A stretch of DNA of 64,000 nt from NCBI GenBank assembly GCA_030390025.1, contig CM059432.1, forward strand, positions 65,660,001-65,724,000, given 5' to 3'. This stretch comes from Squalus acanthias (taxonomy: Eukaryota). The notes beneath the pieces are model-generated. The model was not told the DNA's origin, did not search any database, and saw only the letters and a program-made list of their open reading frames with translations. Shown in pieces: positions 1-11,929 of this stretch. Each line of letters starts with the position of its first letter. The first letter of the stretch is position 1. The position numbers were made by a program, and so were the translations under genes.

Positions 1-2423
1 TCCCCAGCCAGGGGAAACATCCTCCCTGCATCTACCCTGTCAGGCCCTGTAAGAATGTTTCAATGAGATCACCTCTCATTCTTCTAAACTCCAGAGAATA
101 TAGGCCGAGTCTACTCAATACCTCCTCATAGGACAATTCCCCCATCCCAGGAATTAGTCTGGTGAACCTTTGTTGCACTCCCTCTATGGCAAGTATATCC
201 TTCCTTAGGGAAGGAGACTAAAACTGTACACAATACTCCAAGTGTGGTCTCACCAAAGCCCTATATAATTGCAGTAAGATGTCTTTACTCTTATACTCAA
301 ATCCTCTTGTAATAAAGGGCAACATAACATTTGCTTTCCATTTGCTTGCATGTTAACTGTCAGTGATTCATGTATAAGGACACCCAGGTCCCTCTGACCA
401 CCAACATTTCCCAATCTCTCACCATTTAAAAAATCCTCTGCTTTTCTATTTTTCTTACTAAAGTGAATAACTTTACATTTCTCCACATTATATTCCATTT
501 GCCATGTTTGTGCCCATTCACTTACCTTGTCTATATCCCCTTGAAGCCTCTTTGCATCCTCCTCACAACTTACATTCCCACCCTGCTTTGTATTATAAGC
601 AAACTTGGATATATTACATTTGGTCCCCTCATCCAAATCATTGATATAGATTGTGAATAGCTGAGGCCCAAGCACTGATCCTTGCGGTACCCCACTAGTT
701 ACAGTCTGCCAACCCAAAAATGACACGTTTATTCCTACTCTGTTTTCTGTCCGTTAATGAATCCTCAATCCATATTACCCCCAATCCCATGAGCCCTAAT
801 TTTGTTTAATAACCTCTTGTGTGGCACCTTCTCGAATGCCTTCTGAAAATCCAAGTACACCACATCCACTGGAAACCCCCTTATCTATTCTGCTAGTTAC
901 AACCTCAAAAAACTCTAACAGATTCGTCAAACACGATTTCCCTTTCATAAATCCATGTTGACTCTGCCCAATCCTATTATTATTTTCTAACTGCCCTATT
1001 ACCTTAATAATAGATTCCAGCATTTTCCTTACTACTGATGTCAGGCTAACTGGTCTGTAGTCCCCCGTTTTCTCTCTCCCTCCTTTCTTAAATAGTGGGG
1101 TTACATTTGCTACCTTCCAATCCGTGGGAACCATTCTAGAATCTATGGAATTTTGGAAAATGACAACCAATGCATCCACTATCTCTGTAGCCACCTCTTT
1201 CAAAACCCTAGGATGTCATGGGGATTTATCGGCTTTCAGTCCCATTAATTTCTCCAGTACTATGTTTTTACTAATACTAATACTAATTTCTTTCAGTTCT
1301 TCATTCTCGCTAAACCCTTAGTTCACCACTATTTCCGGGAAGATTTTTACGTCTTCTTCCATGAAGACAGACACATAGGGCTGGATTTTCTCAGCCCCAA
1401 GGAGGCGGGTATGGAGGCGGGACTGCCGGGATAGTTGTAGAATTTGGGGGCGGGTGGCATCCCTGCCCCCAACCCGCCTCCGTGCCCTCTTGCCAGGAGG
1501 TGGGAAGCCGTCCTGCCCTGGGTCCCGTCTCCTTGGAGGCAGGAAGGGATTAAAGTCCATTAACTGCCTGTTAACAGATAGTTAACAGGCAGAAAATAGG
1601 ATTATCCCCATTTTTCATTCTGAAGTGCGGGCTTCCCGACCTGGGGGAACCCCGCCAGGGTGTAGGAGCCGAGTAAGAGGTCTGCGGGGGTCGGAGGGGT
1701 CTGAAAGTGCAATGTAGAGATGAGTGATGGGTGCAAGTGTGGAGTGGTAAGTGTGTGAGGTGAGTGTAAAGTGTTGGAAAATGTTAACTTACCTTTGTTT
1801 CTGCCTACAGCCTTCAGCCGCTGTGGAGCCGGAGTCCCAATATCTCCATTGTAGAGATCACAGACTGGCTGTTGGATCCTCCGATCCAATAATCATCTGT
1901 TTTCTACAAAGTAGAAAGGTTTGATGAGTTCTGAACACAAGGTATCATCAAACTACACAGAATGTCAGTGTTTGACAGCTTCACAGAGCTGTCAAATGAT
2001 GACATTTCTTCTTTCAAAAATTCTTGACAGATGACACGTCATACGTTGACGTGCACTGTCAGTAACTCCCCCCTAATTAGCCTGCTGAGTCCGCCGGGCG
2101 GGCTTAACAAGGTCAATCAGGGGAAGATCCCGTTGGTTGGCCAGAGGCTGATGGAGGTGGGACTGAAACCGGGCAAGCAGCAGCCCCGCCTCCAACGCGT
2201 CTCCATTCATAAAATCCAGCCCAAAGTATTTGTTTAATTTCTCTGCCATTTCTTTATTCCCCATTATAATTTCTCCTGTCTCAACCTGTAAGGGACCCAC
2301 ATTTACTTTCGCTAATCTTTTCCTTTTTACATACCTATAGAAGCTTTTACAATCTGTTTTTACATCTCTCGTTAGTTTACTCTCATATTCTATTTTCCCT
2401 TTCTTTATCAATTTCTTGGTCCT
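1..2423 (-). mobile_element. CR1-clade LINE fragment (ORF2 reverse transcriptase region), frameshifted and split by a MITE at 1378-2222
   Basis: ORFs 250-726 (GVPQGSVLGP.LF.IYINDLD, ISKFA), 796-1203 (DWKVANVTPLFKKG, YRPVSLTS, QHGF.KGKSCLTNL) and 2073-2498 (KSFYRYVKRKR) are collinear pieces of CR1 ORF2. The element runs off the window start. Confidence 0.93.
1378..2222. mobile_element. Non-autonomous PIF/Harbinger-type element (845 bp)
   Basis: Perfect 12-bp TIR GGGCTGGATTTT/AAAATCCAGCCC plus subterminal GGAGGCGGG/CCCGCCTCC. The 3-bp flanks are ATA/AAA. CR1 sequence rejoins when the element is removed. Confidence 0.88.
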
Positions 2424-5400
2424 CCAAACCCACCCTTTTTTTTTAGGGGAAAATTCCGGCCATACTGTTGATTTGTTTGTCTGAAGTTTGTTAATCAATC
2501 ATCTTCTAATAGTTCTGCTCAATTTCACACCATATTTCTGTCATCTATTCCGCATAAATGTTAATGGTTTATTCAGTCATATTCATTCAACAGAACTTTT
2601 CTGTAGAAAATAAGGTCTGATTATCCCGTTCCTGTGGGATATGACTAGCAAAAACCACAGGGACACCTGTTTTTTAAATAAATACATTGTGGAACCATTC
2701 AGTACATATTATTTTCATTCCTGAGGTCTGTCTGGGATGAGGTTTTTTAAAAACCAGTCATTTACAAATTGTGTAGTCTATGGGGAAAAATCAATATGCT
2801 TTTGTAGATCAAGAACAGCAGCCCACAGAATTTTAACAGAAGCATGAGTGGTTCACATAAAATGTCTGCTCGATAATAATTTTTTCAGAAAGGCCAATAA
2901 TAATTGAATAGTATTTGTGAGAATAAATAGTAAATTCAGAATTCACTCAAGTGCTTTGAAGTTTTGCTTTTCACGAAATGGGAAGTGCTGTGCCACTAGT
3001 ACATTCCTCAGAATCTTTTTTTATTCCTGCCTCATGATGTAAGAACACCAAAGTTTAGCTACAATATGTCGAGAAGTATTTATTACTTGTGTTAAAAAAT
3101 AAATTGAAAGTTCTAACCTTTCAAAAGACAATGCCATGGGATAGTCCAATGGCTACAATTGAATTTCTGAACTCCCAAATATAAAATATGAATTAAAAAA
3201 CTTGTCTTAACTGGATTCACACTCAGGGTGCCACTAAGAGATGAGTTTGACAGTTTGGGCAGCAGTATCTGGGATGAAAGGATGAATAACTGACCAGGAA
3301 GGACACCTTTCTGTTGAATTTAATTGTAGCCCTCAGTTAGTTAACCAAGTAGTGTTTGTGGTGCCAACTGTGAAAATGTTCACAGCCAAGCACTCCTAAC
3401 ATAAAAGGATGTGGTTTGAAGAACTGACTAAAAGTGACAAAATAAAGATGGGGAATTAAAAAGCAAACAATGGCCAACAAAATTGAGGGATAGACTGAAA
3501 TGTCTCCATCTTTTACCATTTGAGAGACATTGAATGCAATTAATTAAAGGAGTCTTACTCATCCCTAAGTTCAGCTTGACTAATTTAATAAACAGGTCAA
3601 CATTATCATAGGTAGATGGTTTAAGTAATTATTTGACAGCTACAACTTCCCAGAGTTGACTTAAAGTCAATACTACAGGGTCAATAGATACAGGTCCAAA
3701 GTTGCAAGTTCAAATGTTTCAGGTCCAGTGGATAAAAGTCCACTGGGAGTTACAGGTTCAATGACTACTTATTACTGAAGATTTGTCATCCAGTGGGGAT
3801 ATTTTGCACCAGTTTCTGAGGTATTTTTCCCACTAACACTGGGATGTTACATTGTTCAAAGAGATAAAATTCTCTGAAATTCAACAAGGAAAATAGAATT
3901 CTCTCAGAGAGAGGAACCCAAAAATCAATAATTAAAGAGGGCCGAAATTATTGTTTAAAAACAAAGCCAAAGGAAGGAACTTGCAACAAGATGGCTCCTG
4001 TGTTTTTCTTATTAGAGTTAACAGGACATGGTGGCCAATGTAAAATGTCAGTGCTGACTCGATTTTAAAATGCCACTTTGCATTGGAGTTGAAAAAGGCT
4101 TTTTGCTTTTCTAGCAAAAATTGTATTGCATCATGTGTTACATTCCATTTTCATCACAGGACAGATTTTCAGGGAAATGTTTCATATAAAGTTTCAACAA
4201 ATGATCCAGCATTGTCAGAATATTCAAAGATTACATGTAGCTTGCAGTCATGATCAATATGTAGGTGATAGTGAGGATGTATTGGACACTGACGGCGTTA
4301 TTTATTATTTGTAATTGTCTCCCAACTTTAGTGAGTACAGGTAAATACTGTACTAGCAAAATATGCATCTTAAAGTCTGTCAACTGTGACATACTATATG
4401 GACTACATCCTTTTAAAAATATGTTTTGATAACTGAATTTCTGAAACTGCACAGATCAAAAAATGCATCCTCAAAAGGAATGTCATTTGTCATGTCTCCT
4501 CTTTTACTTGTACCAGAATTTTATACTCAAATGAAGTATTAAAATGCTTTATATAAGAATTCAACAATGTTTCACACAAAGCAATTTGAGATACTAGCTC
4601 TAATTTAAGAGGATATGACTGTCAAAAGTGCAAGAAGCCTCAAAATGTCTAATGTGCTACTGTCAGATTATGAACAGCAAGCAGTCTGCAGAGGACAAAA
4701 AGTTGACAAGTTACTGGAGTAAGTCTGGACTTCCTACTGTTACCACTACCAAACCATGCAGAATATCTTAACCTCTGGTCTAAAGTGAATTTCAAGAAGG
4801 ATGAGTTACTCCCAGTGCAAATCGTCCAGATGTAGGAAATGTGTGATACTTGTACTCCAACAATAAAACAAAAGTGGGAACAACATATTTTGAAAAGCAG
4901 CTGGAAGATGGGCTATTTCTACTTCAAAATCAATTGGGGGAGGAGTGACAGGCTGCTTCTGTTCATGTACAGAGATTGATGTCAACATCAAATTATAATC
5001 TAGGGTATATTTCTCTCTATTCACTAATTTCAGCAGAAAAATGACATGTAAGAGGAGTTCCCAGTTTATATTCCTGAATAATTTGCTAAAATTAGTGAAC
5101 AGAGAAAATAATTGCCTACAATGTGTGTTTTTTTTTAAATAGTGAGATTGTATGGACAAAACAAGAGACAAAGCTACAAATCAGGGTGGTCCCAGTAAAG
5201 AAGCAGGATATTGAATCAGCTGATTATAAAAGTTTTGTTCACAATCTGTGACATGTATAGGTTTCAGGATGGCATTGGGCTGAATCTTTACCTCTCAGTG
5301 GAGTTGGGTGTAGGCAGGCTGTGTAGCGGGGTCGCTATCCCGGACGTTCTATCAGCGCACTCTCTCCAGTGCCTTTTTAAATAAACTACTCCAATTGAAT

Positions 5401-5599
5401 CAGTCCCATGGCTTTCCTGGCCAATTAACCGGAGCGGGTCTGATGACGTCACGGATGACTCAACTTCATCTCACCTATTTAAAAGGAACATTGCACAGAT
5501 GACAGTTGAAGGTTGGTGGAGGTGCTGCACAGGTTGGTGGGAGAGACAATGGTTGGTGTGAGAGTAAGAAAGTTGTATGATGATAAAGTTTTAAAGATC

Positions 5600-7285
5600 T
5601 GTAAACAAAAACGCAGGCTCAGCGCCAAAAGGCTGCGCCCAAATTCAGTGATGCCTCCCTGGAAATCATGCTCCAGGGAGTGAGAACCCGCAGGGAGGTC
5701 CTCTTCCCTGGTGATGGGAGGCCTTCCCAAGCCTACTCCTGCACGCCACTCCTCACACCAACCTACCTTGCAGGTGCACCCATCCCCCCCTACTCACATC
5801 CCCATCTGAGTATCCACCACTGACAATCACCCTCAGCCTAATGCAATCATAGAAATTAACGCCACAGAAGGAGGCCATTCGGCAATGTCACACCTCTCCC
5901 TCATAGTCACCCTCTACAGATATAGCCCATCCATCCCTTACACTCATTCCATGATTCTTACTCAAAATTCTCTTGTTTCCTTCCTTGCAGGAGAAGAGAG
6001 TGCAGAATATCCAGGAGAGGCAGAGAACCGAAGGTGGCCCTACAATTACCATTCCATTGAGGCAGCAGAGGAGGTGGTGCTGGACATAAGTGGAGTTGCA
6101 GAGCTGCTGGCAATGGGAGACGGAGAGAGGGGAACCTCCCAGCAACTGGTGACAGAATTAAATATCATACAGCCACATGACACACAACAGTCAGTGACTG
6201 TTGTCAGCAGCCAGTGAAATTTGATCCTGTGCACAATGGTAACTTATAACATTCTTATCATAACCGTTCTAATTTATGTCTTTATTCACTCACAGGTCCA
6301 TCAAGTGCCTCCCACCACCACCCCCTCCCCCCCTCACTGTCCAGCTAGAGGAGGAAGATGACTCCTCAGAGGAAGCTCCATTCTCTGAGGGTGCACCATC
6401 ACCAGAGCCATGCACACCCAGCACCAGCGCAGATACGCACACCTCGGTAGGTCCTGCGAGACATAAAGTAGTGTTGTCACCTGGTGTCTCACAAGTCACA
6501 AGGTGAGCAAGAGCAGATGGTGGAGACAGGGACAGCAGTGGAGAGTCCTCGCCAGAGGGCACAGGACGCTCCAAGTTCTGCTCAGCTGGATACAGATGCT
6601 GAACCTCGGGGGCTGTCAACAAAGAGGATAATCTTGGAGGAGCAGACAAAAATGTGGGAGGCTCTGGCAGCTTTTCCAGCCGTGATGTTCGTGATTGTAG
6701 GGAGAATGGAGGAGTCCATCTCCAACATAAGCAGCACGATGTCGCAGGCGATGGCAACGATGTGCTCTTCCATAGAAAGGGTGGCCACCTGCATGGAGCT
6801 GTAAATGCGCCAGTCAACCAAGTGCATGCTTGCTGTGAACAACAGCTTACAGACTCTTATTGCAGTCATATCTAGGAGGGATAAAAACCTAGACTTGGGC
6901 CTTCATCGTGCCACTGCTGTCAACAAGATGCTCTCCAGCTCCTTGCTAACAGGGAAGTGCGGGTGGCCCAGGTGAGGGATGATGGTGAGAGGGGACATGG
7001 AAGGGGGGACTCTGCTCAAAGCGCTACCACTTCTCCCTCGTTGCCTCCCCCTCAGTCATAGCCCACATGCTGCCTCAGATCCCGATGGCCAAGTCTGCCC
7101 ATGCACAGGTGCAGGAGGAGCAGTGTTTGGAAGAGCCCTCACAGGCTCCAAAACCCAAAGGACGTCCACCAAAAGTGTCAAAGCAGTCAGAGCAGGGAAG
7201 TGAGCAGCCTGCCACTGCTTCTGCTGAAGCCACAGCGGGTGCACATCAGAGAAGTAGTAGGAAAAGAAAAATGACACAATTGTAG
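5600..7285 (+). pseudogene. Harbinger Myb/SANT-like DNA-binding gene, 3 exons (about 5600-5720 partly deleted, 5991-6148, 6296-7285), disrupted
   Basis: AAPKFSDASLEIMLQGVRTRREVLFP motif. The acceptor ccttgcag is followed by EKRVQNIQERQRTEGGP. The exon layout matches the copy at 15328. Confidence 0.8.
5848..5881 (-). mobile_element. Very short CR1 3'-tail insertion
   Basis: catagaa...acagaaggaggccattcg resembles other CR1 tails in the window (e.g. 46030). Flanked by a GCAAT direct repeat at 5843-5847 and 5882-5886. Confidence 0.55.
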
Positions 7286-7585
7286 ATGCACAAGGGTGTG
7301 TTCCAAAATGTTAGTGTTAAGTGTCAGTTGTATTTATGACCCACATAAATTTATTTCTTTGCACCACTTTCCCGTCTTGTCCATTTTTGCCTGCTACCTG
7401 GGAAGTGGCCTTGTCAGTTGGAGTGAATGGTGAGACATTACTGAACCTCAAGCAATGGTGTGTGTGTGTGTGACAGGAATGGTTTGGTCATTTTAGGACT
7501 ACTTTGTGGGTTTTTTTGCGAGGGTGGGGGGGGGGGGGGAAATTTGGTTCAGCATCTGGATGCAATATGGGTGCACTTGTGCAAC

Positions 7586-8776
7586 TTAAATAAATCATGA
7601 CATTATGAGGGCATCTCGAGCCTCCCGGGCAGCAATGTTCACCGCTGCTGGTGCCATCTCCACTTCAGGTTCCTCCTCCTCCTCCTGGTGTTCCACCAGC
7701 GCCTCCTCCACATCCTCCTCTGCGTTCTGCGCCTTGCTCCTCCTGCAGCTCCAATCCTCGCTGCTGTGCTATGCTGTGCAGTGCGCAGCATACGATCATT
7801 CTGGAGACCCTGGCTGGTGCGTACTGAAGCGCTCCTCCAGATGTGTCCAGGCATCTGAAACGCCTCTTCAGCATTCCGATTGCTTGCTCTATGACGCATC
7901 TGGTTGCCATGTGGCTTTGATTATAGTGCTCCTCGGCTTCATTACTTGGCTCCTCAAGGGTGTCATCGGCATCGTCTTCAGTGGATAGCCCTTGTCTCCG
8001 AGCAGCCAGTCAGTAAATCTGTTTTGAGGTGCGAAGAGCTGAGAGAGGGCGGACTGGCGCAGGATGAAAGAGTCATGACAGCTCCCTGGGAATCTGGCAC
8101 ACACAAGCATGATGATCTTTTTGTGGTTGCAGACGAGCTGCACATTGAGGGAGTGGAAACCCTTCCAGTTCACGAATACTCCTGATCAGGAGGTGCCTTG
8201 ATGGGCACATGTATGCAGTCGATGATACCCTGCACCTGTGGGAAGCTAGCCAGAGCCGCAAAGCCCAGCACCCACTCAGTCACACTGGTTTCATAAGTGG
8301 CAAAGTGTACATAAGTGCCTGACTTGTGAAACCTGGCATCGGTCACCTGGGTGATGCGTCTGTGTGTGGTTGACTGTGAGATCCTGGAAATGTCTGCTGC
8401 AGATCCCTAGAAGGAGCCTGAGGCGAAGAAGTTGAGGGTGGTGGTGACTATGACAGCCACTGGTAAGGCGTGTCCTCCAGGTCCACTTGGCAGCAGGTCT
8501 TCTTCCAGCAAGCTACAAATGACCTGAAACGATAGCCTGAGCCTTCTGAGACACGGCTGTTCAGTCATGTCCAGAAGCTCATTCTCTGCCTATATACCCT
8601 GTGTTGGGGGTATCGCCTCCGGCGAGGTGTACCCTGTGCTCATCCCCTCTGTCCTGTGGAGCAGCAGGTCGGTTAGGAGAAGGCTGCTGCTGCTGGTGGT
8701 GTTGGTGTTGTTGTTGCTGGGGCTCGACTTGGCCTAAAACTGATGTCCAAGGTGAAACAGCGTAAGCGGCACCCAT
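7586..8776 (-). pseudogene. Harbinger (HARBI1-like) DDE transposase, frameshifted
   Basis: [35 protein letters not shown] and [21 protein letters not shown] in ORFs 7889-8173 and 7665-7910. Confidence 0.92.
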
Positions 8777-11700
8777 GCTGATCTGATAGATGCCAGATAA
8801 AGTGGAGATCAGAGGCACAATCCTCCAATGTAGTGAGAGTGGCTTCCGAGATGAAGAAATCACCTGCAAAATCCTGAAAGCAAATTCTCTGCACAAATGG
8901 TGTCAGCAAAAGCCTTTCCCTTAGGCAAGGAAGCAGGTGTGAGGTGTGAGTATTTATGTCATTTTTTCAACTGTCAATTGTTCAACTCACACAATGGCCG
9001 CTCAACTCTCGCCTTGCTTTTACAGGCTAGCTTCAGGAAGCCCATGAATCCTGTGCACACCCAGTAAAAGCTACAACATCAGGTTAAAATGCCTGTTAAT
9101 AGCGTGTTAAAGAGCTCTTAAATACTTGAATTAGGTCGCCCGCCTCTCCCGAGCGGGTCTCTGGCGCACTGAGAAACGCGCCAGAGTTAAAGGCGGAAGT
9201 CAGCAGGGTGAAGGCAGCTTCTCGATGCTTTTAACTGCCCACCCGCTCGCAAACCCGCACTCGTTTCAAAGGGAAAATTACGGCCATAGCGTCAGCAACT
9301 CAAAAAGGTAACTGGATAGAAATTTGGCAGAGAAAAAGTTTGAGGTGTATAAGCGTTAGAGAGGGTCTCTTCTAGCCATGTCATCTCCAGTATCTCTGCT
9401 GCACATGACCTCCTGAGCTTTTCTGGTCATGTCCCACAGAAACTGAAAATGCTGGAAAGCTGAATCTGAAAGAGAAACTACTGATGTACACTCAAAGCAT
9501 TAACCTATCATTTCTGTGCTTGGATGTTGCCAGACCTGCAGTGCATTTTCAGCATTTTGTGCTATACGTTATTGCAGGAGGCTGACCGACAGCATCTTGC
9601 TCCTACAGGATTGTAGTGAGCAACTGATTGACACTTCTGGCTCCCATGTTCACAGACTAGATCTGCCCAGGCTGTTGTGCCTTGTGGCTATTATGGTCAT
9701 TTTGGTAGGGGACGGGGGGGGGGGGGGCGGTATTTTTTCATTTGTGGCATTCTCTCACTACAGTGGCAAAGGTATCACACGAAGAACCAGTTGTCAGGGA
9801 GTATGGTAAAAGTGGTGCTGATGACTAGGAACAGGTCCTAATGATCAGTAGGCTCAGGATGGGAAGAAGATGATATATCTTAGATGCGGTCTACACTGAT
9901 CCTAGTAATGTTTAAATGAAGGGCTGTGTTCATGGCCCCAGACAAGTAATACAAATATTTGTATTCTTAGGAGCCAGGGAGACCTGTTACACATATTATA
10001 ACACCCTCAAATATATACAAATGCACTCTTATGCTGACATTTACACATCCCTAGATACACTCACACATTGTCTGATGCTTATGCACATTCACACTGTGGC
10101 ACATTATGTAACAGATCCTGATGTCCACCAGTTTAGTCTGCTTTTGACAGATTTGGTTGTAATCTAAAATCTTGGATCACTTATGAAACCCAAATGATAT
10201 TTAATAACTTAATGAAAATCAAATGCACAAAAATATGGCTTTTATATTAACTGAACCGATGAAACCTCAAATACAGATCCCTGCCACGGACTAAAATATT
10301 TTGCATATTGGAAATAATTTGGGGGGGAAATGAATCAGCAAAACATGTTAGCTTGCAGTAAACAAGTTTTGTTTCCAATATGGAACAGGAACAGTAAAGA
10401 CTACATTTTGTGGAAAACATCCTTTAGCAGAGCAAAAATACAGAAGCCCAGTATATAAAGCCCAATAGCACTAGTCATTATTACAATCTGGCTTTGGGGA
10501 GAAACACTAAGCAGAACTCTAGAGCATTTGCAGTGCCAAAGAACAGCATGTGCCATAACACAAACATTTTGTTCTGTTCTCACTCTTCCCAATAGCAGTG
10601 ATAAATGATGATTTGATGTACCCTTAACAAGGTAGCCTTAAAGCAACGCTAAAACATAATAAAATTCTGCCTTATCTATCAAACATCACAAACACAAAGA
10701 TAACATTTTTAAAAAGACCAAACTAAGATCAGGATCATCACCATGTCTTCCGTGCAGAAGTTTCAGAAACAAACGTGACAAATGGGACATTGGGAAAAGT
10801 ACATTGGGCAAGTACATGCAAGACTACCAGACTACTAGCAACAGTCTCCTCTCTTGAAGTTTAGATTATCTGAAAAGGGTCATGAAATAGATAGCCATTG
10901 ACTGGAAAATCAGGAGCTCTGTGAATTAGACATACTGACCCTGTACCCGATTCTCCAATCTACACTTCGTCTAGCGAAAGACCACACCAAGAGTGTAGCT
11001 TTGCAAAATTTACTCTTATATATGCACATATAAATATGTTTATGAGTGAGTAGAAAAGGAAAAGTGAGGGTATAAGTCTTGGTGTGTGCATACACGTGTT
11101 CCTTTTTAAAACTTTATTTCAAGAAACCAAAAATCATGAATAGTTACAAGTTGAAAGAGCATAACTGGAAAAAAAAATTAATGGTCCAGATACAAAAACA
11201 AAGTTAAAAAAGAAAAATCATACACGAATGTCATGTTGATATAGTACTGCTGTATATTCTTAACACAGTATTTACAGAAGGGTACATTAACAGTATAGCT
11301 GTGCACATGTACAATAATTTAACAAGTTGTTCTGGGGACGGACATGGGTAGAGGGCAACATAGCCAGATTTGAGTGCACATGGATGATTCCACTTTTTCT
11401 ATTGGTATTTCTGGTTTTGTCACTCTTTCTGTATCTAATGAAGTATCAGGGTATCTTGAAATGATAAAGAATAAATTCACTGATTGAAAATGGCATTATG
11501 GTTCCACTTGCTACTGGTGTTTATCGAGGACAGAACCACAAGATACAATTGCCTGAAGTGTGCTCTGGTTGACATGACCTAAATCTTTCTGTATTTCTGG
11601 GTTCAGATCATTGAAAAAGGCCCAATCCCTGATAGGACCTTTTGCTTAGAAGGGGAGGAAGAAGTGATACAACGTTGCAGGCCTGAGAGGCAGTAATAAT

Positions 11701-11929
11701 GGTTGGTGGCTGCAAGGTCTCTTGGCCTTGTCCAAAAATACTGAAGAAGGAACTTACCTTCTCCTTGGCTCCAAGGCTGACATCCAGGTCCTCTGATCTA
11801 AAAGGGCTAAATCCAGGCCTGAGACCTACTTCCTGCAAATGGTTATTGCCTGGCGCTGACAGAGGAAATTGAGATGGAAGGTGTTGTTATGAACCACCTT
11901 GTCCCGCACCTTATTTTCTTGAGATTGCC

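Larger units (their letters stand above)
5277..9285. mobile_element. Decayed two-gene Harbinger transposon (copy 1)
   Basis: Degenerate TIRs (GGGCTGAATCTT...AAAATTACGGCC) enclose a + strand Myb/SANT-like gene and a convergent - strand DDE transposase. No clean TSD. Confidence 0.88.

Noticed and set aside
7586..8776. Domesticated HARBI1 host gene
   Set aside because: Multiple frameshifts, enclosed by TIR-like ends with a Myb partner, and several similar decayed copies nearby.
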